NCBI GenBank assembly: GCA_038064195.1
Contig: JBBTTO010000002.1
Span: 269,356 to 333,355 of the forward strand
Origin: Patescibacteria group bacterium
GTDB taxonomy: Bacteria; Patescibacteriota; Microgenomatia; Levybacterales; UBA12049
DNA: 64,000 nt
Direction: 5' to 3'
The notes beneath the pieces are model-generated. The model was not told the DNA's origin and ran no database searches. It saw nothing but the letters and a program-made list of their open reading frames with translations. Both the position numbers and the translations under genes were made by a program. Below, piece by piece: positions 29,873-39,638 of the stretch. Each line of letters opens with the position of its first letter. The stretch's first letter is position 1.

Positions 29873-29947
29873 AGACTTGCTCTTTTTTGGGAATTTGTAT
29901 TAAATAAAAGTGTACCCATATCGGGTGGGGGATTTTATCTATAAAAT

Positions 29948-32734
29948 ATGTTAGGAAATTTATTCAGCTCCCATAAAGACGAGAGGTCAATGCCGACTGA
30001 TCAAGCTCAACCTATGAACGATGATTCAACAGCAACTAATTCTCCGTTCCCACAGGATACAAATACCTCCTCACGAATGGATCCTGTCTTTCGTCAAAAT
30101 ATGTCTGCTCTCTCGCATTTAGACGCGAGGACTACGCAAGTGCTTCATCATGCTCAGGATGAGACAAAAAAGATCAGACAGGCACAAATCGAACCGGAGC
30201 AGCTACTCCTCGGGCTCCTCTACGACGAGGAGGTATTTAAGCTCTTTGAAGGATTTAATGTGGATGTCGCAAAGCTTGCTAAGGAGATTCAGAGTAAAGA
30301 ACAACTCGGTAACAGCACGACGCAGCCAACACTCAGCAACGCGACAACTGAGATCTTTGAGGCAGCATATAGAGATTGTAGAAATAGAAATGTCAGCTTC
30401 ATTTCACCTGAGGATCTTGTCGTCGCTCTCTTTGGTAGTGGCGGAAGGCTCGCGCAAAATCTATCTGAGAAAGGTATTAAGAAAGAGGCAATTAGTGAAA
30501 AACTCTCCAAGTCTGCGACTTATACAACCGGTAAGAAATCTATCCTTCAGGAATACGGCATTGATCTCACTGAGGAAGCCAAAGCAGGTAAACTGGATCC
30601 GATTGCCGGCAGGGACAAAGAAATTGATCGACTTGTTCACATACTTCTCCGTCGAACAAAAAACAATCCGATTATCATCGGTGAGGCAGGAGTAGGTAAG
30701 ACAGCAATTGTTGAAGGACTTGCTGAAGCAATTGCATCAGGGAGTGTTCCCGGGGGTCTCAATGACAAAAAGATTTTTCAGCTCGATCTAGCAGCTCTTG
30801 TCGCGGGCGCAAGTCATCGGGGGGAATTTGAAGAACGCCTTAAGGGTGTTATTAATGAAACAATAGCCTCACAAGGTCAGATCATACTTTTTATCGATGA
30901 GATCCATACATTGATCGGTGCAGGAGACACCGACGGGACGCTTGATGCTTCCAATATTATAAAGCCTCACTTAGCAAGGGGGCATATGCAAATCATCGGT
31001 ACTACAACAACTGCTGAATATCGTAAGCATTTTGAGAAGGATAAAGCCTTTGAGCGGCGTTTTCAGCCAATCTTAGCTGATGAGCCGAGTGAAGAGGCAG
31101 CAGTCGAGATGCTTAAAGTGCTTCGTCCTAAGTATGAAAAATTCCACAGTGTCACCATCCCTGATGATACATTGGTAGCTGCGGTTAAGTTATCAAAGAA
31201 ATATATCGGTGAGCGCTACCTTCCCGACAAAGCTGTGGATCTTATTGATGAAGCTGCAGCTGATGTGAAATTAGGCAGGACTGTAGTTAAAGAACAAAAA
31301 TCAGAGAATAATGATCAAAAAAAAGATAGCAATCTGGACGGTAACGGAATATCTGACTCACAGCAATCATCTTCACGTGCTACCGGTAATGAGGTTGTGA
31401 AATCAGATATAGAGAAAGTGGTCAGCAACTGGACAGGGATTCCCATCACCAAATTGACTGAGGATGAAAGTCAAAAACTCTTAAAACTTGAGGATAAGAT
31501 CCATGAGCGGCTTATTGATCAGGAAGAAGCTGTGACTGCTGTTGCTGAGGCAGTGAGGCGGGGAAGAATCGGCTTGGCTCCTGCCAACAGACCGATTGCT
31601 TCATTTGTTTTCTTAGGGCCGACAGGGGTAGGTAAAACTGAGTTGGCAAAATCTTTAGCTGAGTTACTTTTCGGTCGTGATGATGCTCTTATCAGACTTG
31701 ATATGAGTGAGTATATGGAAAAACATGAAGTAGCTAAGCTCATCGGTGCACCTCCCGGGTATGTAGGATATGAGGAAGGTGGTCAGTTGACTGAGGCAGT
31801 TCGGGCTAAGCCTTACTCAATTGTCCTCCTTGATGAAGTCGAGAAAGCGCATCCTGATGTCTTTAATATCTTACTTCAGCTCCTTGAGGACGGTCGTCTG
31901 ACTGACAATAAAGGCAATACGATTTCTTTTAAAAATACGATTGTTATTTGTACATCAAATATCGGTAGTGCTTTAATCCAACAACAATTAAGCGAGAAGG
32001 ATACAGGAGCAGCAACTACGCAGGAAGCTTTCAATGAGCAATTTGCTGAGCTTGCAGGCATGGTGACGACTGAACTGCGAAAATTCTTCCGACCTGAACT
32101 TCTTAATCGCTTTGATGATGTGGTCATATTTAAGCCGCTTCGCAAAGCTGATATGAGTAAAATTGCTAAGTTAGGGATTGCCAAGACAGCCAAACTTTTG
32201 GAAGAACAGGGGTATCATGTCCAGACGACAGACGGAGCGCTCGCAGAGTTGGCAAAAGAGGGGTACGATCCTGTCTATGGCGCGAGACCTCTTCGCCGCC
32301 TCATCCAGACAGCAATCGAAAACCAAATTGCCATGCTCTTAATTGCCAAACAATTTGTCCCTGGGGACACTATCGTTATTGATTATGACGCTGCAAAAGG
32401 GGCTTTTGCTTTCAGTAAGGGGAGCGGACAAAGTTTGGAAGGGACCGCGTCAAACGCGGCTGGCGCAAAGGGGACAAATGGGAGTGAAGCGGAAGCTGTT
32501 TCAGACGGGATGAATTCAAGCGACGATGCTACCCCTCAGTCTCCCGTTGCCGGAGCTGGGGAAGCGATGGCGCTTCCTGAGGAGACAAATGAGACACAAG
32601 GATCAAATGGGGCTCAACAGTTTGCCACACCTGATTTCAGTCCACCCTTTATGAAAACTGATGATACACAAACGAACGGTAATATGAATGCAGCCTCAAA
32701 CGGTATGGCCTCATCCTCAACTGCGACAAATTAG
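29948..32734 (+). CDS. ClpC/ClpA-like double-AAA+ Clp ATPase (both modules intact) with low-complexity C-terminal tail
   Basis: Clp_N repeats; D1 Walker A GEAGVGKT and Walker B FIDEIH; D2 GPTGVGKT / LLDEVEKAH; a short middle region with no long ClpB M-domain. The C-terminal ~110 aa are Ser/Ala/Gly/Asn-rich. The start codon is uncertain (several in-frame ATGs). Confidence 0.8.
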   Translation: MLGNLFSSHKDERSMPTDQAQPMNDDSTATNSPFPQDTNTSSRMDPVFRQNMSALSHLDARTTQVLHHAQDETKKIRQAQIEPEQLLLGLLYDEEVFKLFEGFNVDVAKLAKEIQSKEQLGNSTTQPTLSNATTEIFEAAYRDCRNRNVSFISPEDLVVALFGSGGRLAQNLSEKGIKKEAISEKLSKSATYTTGKKSILQEYGIDLTEEAKAGKLDPIAGRDKEIDRLVHILLRRTKNNPIIIGEAGVGKTAIVEGLAEAIASGSVPGGLNDKKIFQLDLAALVAGASHRGEFEERLKGVINETIASQGQIILFIDEIHTLIGAGDTDGTLDASNIIKPHLARGHMQIIGTTTTAEYRKHFEKDKAFERRFQPILADEPSEEAAVEMLKVLRPKYEKFHSVTIPDDTLVAAVKLSKKYIGERYLPDKAVDLIDEAAADVKLGRTVVKEQKSENNDQKKDSNLDGNGISDSQQSSSRATGNEVVKSDIEKVVSNWTGIPITKLTEDESQKLLKLEDKIHERLIDQEEAVTAVAEAVRRGRIGLAPANRPIASFVFLGPTGVGKTELAKSLAELLFGRDDALIRLDMSEYMEKHEVAKLIGAPPGYVGYEEGGQLTEAVRAKPYSIVLLDEVEKAHPDVFNILLQLLEDGRLTDNKGNTISFKNTIVICTSNIGSALIQQQLSEKDTGAATTQEAFNEQFAELAGMVTTELRKFFRPELLNRFDDVVIFKPLRKADMSKIAKLGIAKTAKLLEEQGYHVQTTDGALAELAKEGYDPVYGARPLRRLIQTAIENQIAMLLIAKQFVPGDTIVIDYDAAKGAFAFSKGSGQSLEGTASNAAGAKGTNGSEAEAVSDGMNSSDDATPQSPVAGAGEAMALPEETNETQGSNGAQQFATPDFSPPFMKTDDTQTNGNMNAASNGMASSSTATN
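32444..32482 (+). repeat. 39-nt element shared with dnaK 3' end (copy 2, inside clpC-like tail)
   Basis: ACCGCGTCAAACGCGGCTGGCGCAAAGGGGACAAATGGG, 35/39 identical to the dnaK copy and in the same reading frame. It encodes [13 protein letters not shown]. Confidence 0.7.
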
Positions 32735-32938
32735 TCTTAAGCCTCTTATTTGAGTTTTGCCTCGTGAGTGCCTATACTAAAAGTATCTTTATTTTGACTT
32801 GCTTATCAGGGGTTTCACCCCTACTATTAGCTTGTTTGTAGGGTGAAACCCCTCGAGACTGAGGTTTCTGACCTCACCCCCTGCCTTGGCAGGTCCCCTC
32901 TCCTTTAAGGAGAGGGTTATAAGGAATTTGATTATTTT
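32735..32938 (+). other. Highly structured intergenic region with four or more consecutive hairpins
   Basis: AGGGGTTTCACCCCTAC..(12)..GTAGGGTGAAACCCCT (16-bp stem), GAGGTttctgACCTC, CCTGCCttGGCAGG and CCTCTCCtttaaGGAGAGG, between the clpC-like gene and the small membrane ORF. Confidence 0.45.
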
Positions 32939-33271
32939 ATGACTGCCTACCTTTTCTTGCCTATCTATTTTTTGGAGTTTTGGTTTGGTCAGGCTCCTTT
33001 ACGTCTTATCAGCCACTTTATAAAGATAAATCAGGCTTTTTTCCAGTTTTTCTCGGTGCCTTTACTTTTACGGACATTTTTCAGGCCAGCAAAGAACGAA
33101 TACAGAAAAGGTTTAATCGGTTTTTCAATCGGGATCGGCATTTTTTTGAAAAGTTGTGTTATTCTTACGGCTTTACTCCTATTTATCCCATTACTCCTGA
33201 GTGAAGTTATCCTGTTTTGTGGATTTTTGACCTTTCCGCTTATTACGTTAGCAGTCTTGCTTTGGAATTAA
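32939..33271 (+). CDS. Hypothetical small polytopic membrane protein
   Basis: 110 aa with 3-4 TM helices. The stop is 2 nt before the ATG of the membrane-anchored Clp paralog. Confidence 0.4.
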   Translation: MTAYLFLPIYFLEFWFGQAPLRLISHFIKINQAFFQFFSVPLLLRTFFRPAKNEYRKGLIGFSIGIGIFLKSCVILTALLLFIPLLLSEVILFCGFLTFPLITLAVLLWN

Positions 33272-33273
33272 CT

Positions 33274-35685
33274 ATGGATTATCATCTTTTAGCTTTTTAC
33301 AGTTTTTATAGGGCTTCGGGAGTTCGTCTTCTTCGCGCATTTGTTGCGAGTGGACTTTGCCTACTCATCGTCATTGGTATACTCGGGAGATTTTCTCCTT
33401 CATTTCCGCTTTTTCTTCTCAATATTCAAATCATGGTGGAAATTTTCTATCGCTACTATGTCTCAACCAGACAATCGACAAAGACAATTCAGGAAGTAGA
33501 TGAGTCAAATGTACTTCACGCAGTAACACTTCCTGCTATGGCAACACTCAGACAGAGTCGAACAAGTGCCGAGACGTTAAAGCGGCTTTTAACTTTTCCT
33601 CAGGTTGAATTTTTTCTCGCCCGATCAGGTATTAGCAGAAATGAATTGCCAATAAGTGAGATGGGAAATGCAGTTCTCCCGCAATTTGCTTACAAATTAG
33701 CTAAGGAATTGGGCGGTAAATATGTGACCACTATGGATCTTATGGCTGCCTATATATTACTTGAGGAAGAGAGAGCCCATTTACTTGTGAAGAAGAATCT
33801 GCAGGAAAAGGACATTTTGCAGATATTACGTTGGGCAAGATCAGCATATCCCGAGGAAGAACGACCCCGGTCTTTTGAAATAACAGTTGGCGGTGGAGGA
33901 ATTGGAGAATGGTTGGCAGTAGGTTGGACACCCGAGACGGCAGAATTTACTCGCAATTTTACCTATGAGATAACAAGTGATGATGTATCAATTGTCGGTC
34001 GTGAGGAAGAATATGAAAGACTGAAAGAAGAATTATTAAAGCTGGAGAATAATAACGTTGTTCTTATCGGAGAAGCAGGGGTCGGGAAAGAACAGCTGGT
34101 AAGAAAGCTGGCAATTGATTGTTATAAAAATGCTCTTGATCATGCTTTAGGTTATAAAACAATACTGGAGCTATTGGTCGGATCACTACTTGCAGGAGCG
34201 ACCTCTCAGGGAGAGCTTGAAGAACGGGTTAAGGCAATTATTGATGAGATATCTCATGCCGGTAATATTATCCTTTATATTCCCGAGTTCCAGGATATGA
34301 TCGGCGGTAGTAGCTTCTCACTTGATCTTTCAGGGGCACTTGCTCCCTATATGAAAGACGGTCAACTTCCGGTTATTGCCACCATGACTGAGGGGAACTA
34401 TAAAACCTATTTTGAGAAGAGTTCACTTCACGAACTCTTCTCACCCATTACTCTTAATGAGCCCACCCCTCAGCAGGCGGAAATAATGGTGATGGAAAAA
34501 ATAAGTGAGATTGAGAAAAACCAAAATTCGATTGTAACCTATGCTGCCCTTAAGATAGCTACTGAGTATGCCGGAAGATATACTCAAAACCTGTCACTTC
34601 CCGGGAGCGCGATTGAACTATTAGCTGATGCTATAAGTTCCTTACATGATACTAAAGACGCCGGTTTTTATGATAAAACACAAAAGCGTTTGCTGACAGA
34701 TACACTCGTCCTCAAAACAATTGAAGGAAGGACAAAGATAGCCTTATCTGAGCCCTCAGACAGCGAAAAAACATTATTACTGCATTTAGAAGATAGGCTC
34801 CATCAATCAATTATCGGACAGGATGAAGCCATCACTGTCATAGCTGAGGCTATGCGACGTCTCCGTTCAGGGGTTGAATCTGTGAACAGGCCAATTTCGT
34901 TTCTTTTTTTGGGACCGACAGGAGTCGGTAAGACAGAGACTGCCAAAACACTTTCCAAAGTCTACTTTGGCGGTGAGCAAAATATGATCAGACTCGACAT
35001 GAGTGAATATGCTGAACTAGATGGTCAAAAGCGTCTTTTGGGTGCACTTCCCGGGCAGGGGGAAGAACGAGGTGAGTTGACAGAAAAAGTTCGTGATCAT
35101 CCTTATTCATTGATATTGCTTGATGAATTTGAGAAAGCTCATCCTTCTATTTTGAGCTTGTTTCTTCAAATCCTTGATGACGGGCGAATCACCGATAACA
35201 AAGGCCGTACTATCTCATTTATAAATACAATTATTATCGCTACCTCCAATGCAGGATCTGAATATATTCGTGAGGCAGTAGAGAATGGCAAAGCAAGTAC
35301 CCCTACTTTTACCAAAGAGCTGTTAACGTACTTGCAGGAGCAAAATATTTTCAAACCGGAGTTACTCAACCGTTTTGACGGAGTCGTCACATTCCATCCT
35401 TTGACAGAACCTGAGATTGAAAAAGTGACCGCGATACTTCTTCGGGATCTGGCAGAAAAGATGCAGGAGAAGAATATTTCTCTTACCTATGCAAACAGTG
35501 TTTTCAAAAAAATTGCTCATGAGGCATATAATAAAGAGTTCGGTGCCCGTCCGATCAGGAGATACTTACAGGGGACGATAGAAGAACTTCTCGCGCAAGG
35601 TCTACTACAGAACAGTATTCACCATGGTGATCAAGTAACAGTTGACGTTGATAATAACAATAACTTTGTAATTGAGGGGAAATAA
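33274..35685 (+). CDS. Membrane-anchored Clp-family double-AAA+ ATPase with degenerate first AAA module
   Basis: Two N-terminal TM helices and a Clp_N-like domain. D1 Walker A is GEAGVGKE (Thr replaced by Glu) and Walker B is ILYIPEFQ (DE replaced by PE). D2 is intact ([12 protein letters not shown]; LLDEFEKAH; sensor region). The start was set at the ATG after the upstream ORF's stop. Confidence 0.7.
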   Translation: MDYHLLAFYSFYRASGVRLLRAFVASGLCLLIVIGILGRFSPSFPLFLLNIQIMVEIFYRYYVSTRQSTKTIQEVDESNVLHAVTLPAMATLRQSRTSAETLKRLLTFPQVEFFLARSGISRNELPISEMGNAVLPQFAYKLAKELGGKYVTTMDLMAAYILLEEERAHLLVKKNLQEKDILQILRWARSAYPEEERPRSFEITVGGGGIGEWLAVGWTPETAEFTRNFTYEITSDDVSIVGREEEYERLKEELLKLENNNVVLIGEAGVGKEQLVRKLAIDCYKNALDHALGYKTILELLVGSLLAGATSQGELEERVKAIIDEISHAGNIILYIPEFQDMIGGSSFSLDLSGALAPYMKDGQLPVIATMTEGNYKTYFEKSSLHELFSPITLNEPTPQQAEIMVMEKISEIEKNQNSIVTYAALKIATEYAGRYTQNLSLPGSAIELLADAISSLHDTKDAGFYDKTQKRLLTDTLVLKTIEGRTKIALSEPSDSEKTLLLHLEDRLHQSIIGQDEAITVIAEAMRRLRSGVESVNRPISFLFLGPTGVGKTETAKTLSKVYFGGEQNMIRLDMSEYAELDGQKRLLGALPGQGEERGELTEKVRDHPYSLILLDEFEKAHPSILSLFLQILDDGRITDNKGRTISFINTIIIATSNAGSEYIREAVENGKASTPTFTKELLTYLQEQNIFKPELLNRFDGVVTFHPLTEPEIEKVTAILLRDLAEKMQEKNISLTYANSVFKKIAHEAYNKEFGARPIRRYLQGTIEELLAQGLLQNSIHHGDQVTVDVDNNNNFVIEGK

Positions 35686-35735
35686 GGATTTCTTGACAAC
35701 ACGCCTAAATACTTTTAACCTATAACAAGCTAGCA

Positions 35736-36854
35736 ATGAAGAAAAAAAAATCCCAGAGAAAGCACATTAGCCATCGGGCAAAAAAACGATCTCCGCGTCG
35801 ACTCCATCACCGGGTAATATCCTTTTTTAGAGGAGATGGAGGAATATATGTGATCCTCCTTTTAGGAGTCACAATGGCCGGGGCGTTCGCACTTTCAGGT
35901 GGTATCCTGCCCCAACTCAACCCTAATCCATCAAGCGCAGATCAAGTGCAGATCGATGAAGACTCGGCCAAACGAAGCTCAGAAAGCGCATTACAACTGG
36001 TAGATATTAAAATAAAACCGACTGATACTCCTGTCCCCACCCCGACTGAAAATCCTACATCTTCGATTACGCCACTGCTTACCTCCTCAATCACTCCATC
36101 GCCATCAACAATTAAGGAATGTCTTGACAGGAGTGTTATTACTATGATGATTGATCTTTCGGCTTCAATGGGGAATGATCATAAAATTGATGCATTGAAT
36201 ACTGCGCTTGTAGACTTTACAGGCTCTCTTCAATCAACGAATGCTGTCGTAGGAGGTATTGCATTTGGCGCGCCATCCGCAGAATATACCCTGGATAATA
36301 TAGAAGGGGTAAAATTGCTGTCAAACTATACAAGTAATAAAACTAACGTTACCAGTAGGTTTACTAACCTCAAAGTAGGCCCTACAGGTGGTACCTACAT
36401 GCGTAACGGATATAAGGATTCAGTCAGTCGCCTTACGAGCTATAAATCAAACCATCAAACACAAAATAATCACTATATCTCAATTATTTTTTCTGATGGG
36501 GTACCTGAGATACTTGATGATCTTAATCCGACGTGTCTTGGCGGGGGAAAAGTTGATGGAGTTTGTTGGGCACGTCAACAGGATCCCCGTAAGACACCTT
36601 TCGGACTTAATTCAACTGATTATATTACTTTGATGGACGGGCTGGTTAATAAATCCTATGCAGTAGCAATTTATGACAGTAGGTCAGCAGCAAGAGGTGC
36701 GGGTTTGACTGATGAGTTAACAACGCTCCTCCACACTGCTGCGTCAAGTTCAAAAGCACCTTATTATCAAAGTGTTGATCTTAAAAACGGTCCGCTTGAT
36801 CAAGGAGAATTGAAAGGCTTCTTTAATTCCATTGTTAAAGATGCTTGCTCGTAA
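35736..36854 (+). CDS. Membrane-anchored von Willebrand factor type A (vWA) domain protein
   Basis: Basic N-terminus, a single TM, a Pro/Thr-rich linker, then a MIDAS motif (MIDLSASMG ... T ... IIFSDGVPE). Confidence 0.65.
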   Translation: MKKKKSQRKHISHRAKKRSPRRLHHRVISFFRGDGGIYVILLLGVTMAGAFALSGGILPQLNPNPSSADQVQIDEDSAKRSSESALQLVDIKIKPTDTPVPTPTENPTSSITPLLTSSITPSPSTIKECLDRSVITMMIDLSASMGNDHKIDALNTALVDFTGSLQSTNAVVGGIAFGAPSAEYTLDNIEGVKLLSNYTSNKTNVTSRFTNLKVGPTGGTYMRNGYKDSVSRLTSYKSNHQTQNNHYISIIFSDGVPEILDDLNPTCLGGGKVDGVCWARQQDPRKTPFGLNSTDYITLMDGLVNKSYAVAIYDSRSAARGAGLTDELTTLLHTAASSSKAPYYQSVDLKNGPLDQGELKGFFNSIVKDACS

Positions 36855-36912
36855 TTTTTTGCCTATCTGAGTGGTTGATAGCCTCGTTCTAATCTGGTAT
36901 ACTTAGCAAACT

Positions 36913-38136
36913 ATGCCAGCAGTACAACGCTCAGAATTTGCTCTTGCCCTCAATCAGGTCGCTACCGAACGCGGAGTGGATGTCGATGTCGTTTTGGACA
37001 CAGTCAAAAATGCAATCGTAGCTGCCTATCGTAAGGATCACCCGGGGGTTGAGGTAGAAGAATATACCGCCGATCTTAATCCCAATACCGGTGAGGCACG
37101 CATTCTCCATGAGGGGGAAGATGTTACCCCTCCTGGCTTTGGCCGTATTGCCGCTCAAACTGCCAAGCAAGTCATCCTCCAGAAAATTCGTGAGAAAGAA
37201 AAAGAAGCAATTATTACCGATTACCGTGACAAGATAGGACAGATTGTTAACGGGACTGTCTTACGTTTTGCAGGGTCAAATGTGATTGTTGATATCGGAA
37301 AGACCGAGGCAATGATGCCACCCCCTGAGCAAATTCAAAATGAAAAATATTATCAAAATCAACGTTTAGTCGTCTTCCTTAAAGATATTCGTGAAGGAAT
37401 TAAAGGCGAGGAAGTTATTGTATCAAGATCAGATAACGGACTTCTTGAAGGGCTTTTCCGTCGCGAGGTTCCTGAGGTAGCACAGGGAAGTGTTGTTATT
37501 AAGACAATTGTTCGTGAGCCGGGTAATCGCGCGAAAGTAGCTGTCTCATCAACCCAAAGCGGTATAGATCCGGTCGGTAGTTGTGTAGGCCAAAAAGGTG
37601 TCCGTGTCCAGGCAATTATTCAGGAAGTCGGCGGTATTGAGAAAATTGATATTATCCAGTGGCAGGATGATATAACAGCCTATATCGCAGCAGCCCTCTC
37701 ACCTGCCAAAAACGTTAATGTTCATCTTAATCAAGATGATAAAAGCGCAAAGGTTACTGTCCCTCAAGATGAATTATCTTTGGCAATCGGCAAAGACGGA
37801 CAGAATGTACGTTTGGCTTCGAAATTGACAGAGTACCGTATTGAAATTGAAGGTGACCAATTAGAGCCTAAACCAGTAGTAGCGGAAGAAAAGATCGAAG
37901 AGGCTAAAGAGACAAAAGAGCCGGAAGAGAAAGTCGAAAAGATTGAAGACGTTGTTGAAGAGGTTGAATCTAAAGAAGAAGCTGTTAAAGACAGTAAAGG
38001 TGAAGCCCCGACTGAAGCACAGCTTGCGGAAGAGACAAAAGAGATAGTAGACGCAACTGAGGGAGCGCAGGTGGCTATTACCCCTGAGGATGAGGCTCCA
38101 GATAAAGCTACTATCAAGACCGATACAACTGAGTAA
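36913..38136 (+). CDS. nusA: Transcription termination/antitermination factor NusA
   Basis: NusA N-terminal domain, S1 and KH1/KH2 (..GSCVGQKGVRVQAI..) and an acidic C-terminal tail. Confidence 0.9.
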   Translation: MPAVQRSEFALALNQVATERGVDVDVVLDTVKNAIVAAYRKDHPGVEVEEYTADLNPNTGEARILHEGEDVTPPGFGRIAAQTAKQVILQKIREKEKEAIITDYRDKIGQIVNGTVLRFAGSNVIVDIGKTEAMMPPPEQIQNEKYYQNQRLVVFLKDIREGIKGEEVIVSRSDNGLLEGLFRREVPEVAQGSVVIKTIVREPGNRAKVAVSSTQSGIDPVGSCVGQKGVRVQAIIQEVGGIEKIDIIQWQDDITAYIAAALSPAKNVNVHLNQDDKSAKVTVPQDELSLAIGKDGQNVRLASKLTEYRIEIEGDQLEPKPVVAEEKIEEAKETKEPEEKVEKIEDVVEEVESKEEAVKDSKGEAPTEAQLAEETKEIVDATEGAQVAITPEDEAPDKATIKTDTTE

Positions 38137-38175
38137 TCATATGCACTCACCGTTGTTTTTATCAAGAAAAATCAT

Positions 38176-39627
38176 ATGTCAAACGAAAATAAATCACAGC
38201 AGATTATCTATCCTCCTGTCGTAGCCGTTCTCGGTCACGTTGACCACGGTAAAACTTCACTTTTAGATGCAATTCGCAGTACATCTATTGCAGAGCGTGA
38301 GTCAGGTGGTATCACGCAAAAAATAGGTGCTTCCTCAGTTGAGATCATGCATGACGATAAGCCTCGAACTATTACCTTTATTGATACTCCCGGACATCAG
38401 GCCTTCTCACAAATGCGAAGTAGGGGCGCGATCGCTTCCGATATTGGCCTGCTTATTGTTTCATCAACTGACGGGGTGATGCCTCAAACTCGGGAAAGTA
38501 TTGAAGCCCTTAAAGCGTCCAAAATCCCCATCATCGTTGTCCTCACCAAAGCTGATTTGCCGACCAAAAATATCGAGAAAGCAAAAGGCCAGATCTTACG
38601 GGAAGGCATTATGCTTGAGGGGATGGGGGGTGACGTCCCTGTCATGGAAGTATCCGCAAAGACTAAAAGCAACGTCAAAGAATTGTTAGATCTTATTTTG
38701 TTAGTCCAGGAATTGCACGCCAGTAATACGACTGAAAAAGTTTCTTCCACTCACCCAATGAAAGCTATTGTGATTGAATCGCGCCTTGATCAAAAAGCCG
38801 GACCGAGAGCGACACTTATCATCAAGGACGGCACATTAAAAGTGCGTGAACCGGTCTTTATCGATGGGAGTTCATTTAAAGTTCGCTCAGTGATGGACAC
38901 CGAGGGTAAGATGCTCTCCGTTGCGACAATCGGTCAGGCTGTTGAAGTTTTAGGTTTTTTGAAAGTACCCTCTGTCGGCAGTCTAATGACGAGCGAGCCT
39001 ACTGTTCAAGAAGCTGAGTTACCACTCTCCAAAGAAAGTGTTTATTCGCCGGTTGCAAATCAAGAAGAATTGCCAATCATTCTTGCCGCTGACTCACAAG
39101 GGTCACTTGAGGCAATAACTAATGCATTCCCTGAAAAAGTTCATGTTTTGGAGCAAAAAACGGGTGAAATAACAGAAGGAGATGTCCTGCACGCCAAATC
39201 AACAGGCTCGCTTCTTATCGGTTTTAATACCAAGCTTCGACCTGATGTTGTGAAGCTGGCACGAACAGAGAAAGTGCTGATGAAGAATTATACGATTATC
39301 TATGAGCTTTTAGACGAAATAGCAGATGTTTTGGAGGGTAAAAGACTGGCGGGAATCGAGGAAATTTACGGAACAGCTAAGATATTGGCACAATTCCCCT
39401 TTGAGAAGACAGTGGTCCTCGGAGTATCAGTAACTGATGGCCGGGTAGCCAGAGGAGACAAAATACGCGTGATGCGTGGTGATAACGTCATTGGCGAGTC
39501 ACAAATTACCTCACTGAGAGTAGGAAAAGAGCCCACATCAAAAGTAGAAAAAGGCCATGAAGCCGGCATTGTGATCTCACCCATGCTTGACTTTGAGGTC
39601 GGAGATATGCTACTATCCCATGAATAA
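38176..39627 (+). CDS. infB: Translation initiation factor IF-2 (core-only, no N-terminal domain)
   Basis: G domain (AVLGHVDHGKTSLLD, DTPGH, TKAD) followed by domains II, C1 and C2. Only 483 aa. Confidence 0.85.
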   Translation: MSNENKSQQIIYPPVVAVLGHVDHGKTSLLDAIRSTSIAERESGGITQKIGASSVEIMHDDKPRTITFIDTPGHQAFSQMRSRGAIASDIGLLIVSSTDGVMPQTRESIEALKASKIPIIVVLTKADLPTKNIEKAKGQILREGIMLEGMGGDVPVMEVSAKTKSNVKELLDLILLVQELHASNTTEKVSSTHPMKAIVIESRLDQKAGPRATLIIKDGTLKVREPVFIDGSSFKVRSVMDTEGKMLSVATIGQAVEVLGFLKVPSVGSLMTSEPTVQEAELPLSKESVYSPVANQEELPIILAADSQGSLEAITNAFPEKVHVLEQKTGEITEGDVLHAKSTGSLLIGFNTKLRPDVVKLARTEKVLMKNYTIIYELLDEIADVLEGKRLAGIEEIYGTAKILAQFPFEKTVVLGVSVTDGRVARGDKIRVMRGDNVIGESQITSLRVGKEPTSKVEKGHEAGIVISPMLDFEVGDMLLSHE

Positions 39628-39638
39628 TATAGGATACT

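Noticed and set aside
33217-33273. Upstream extension of the membrane-anchored Clp ORF
   Set aside because: It overlaps the small membrane ORF. The ATG at 33274 directly follows that ORF's stop (coupled arrangement).
24634-36854. Calling the locus a type IV secretion system
   Set aside because: There is no VirB4/VirD4/VirB11-type ATPase, VirB8-10 or relaxase in or near the locus. Only the pilin-like and VirB6-like architectures are present, so it is reported as a candidate novel system rather than a T4SS.
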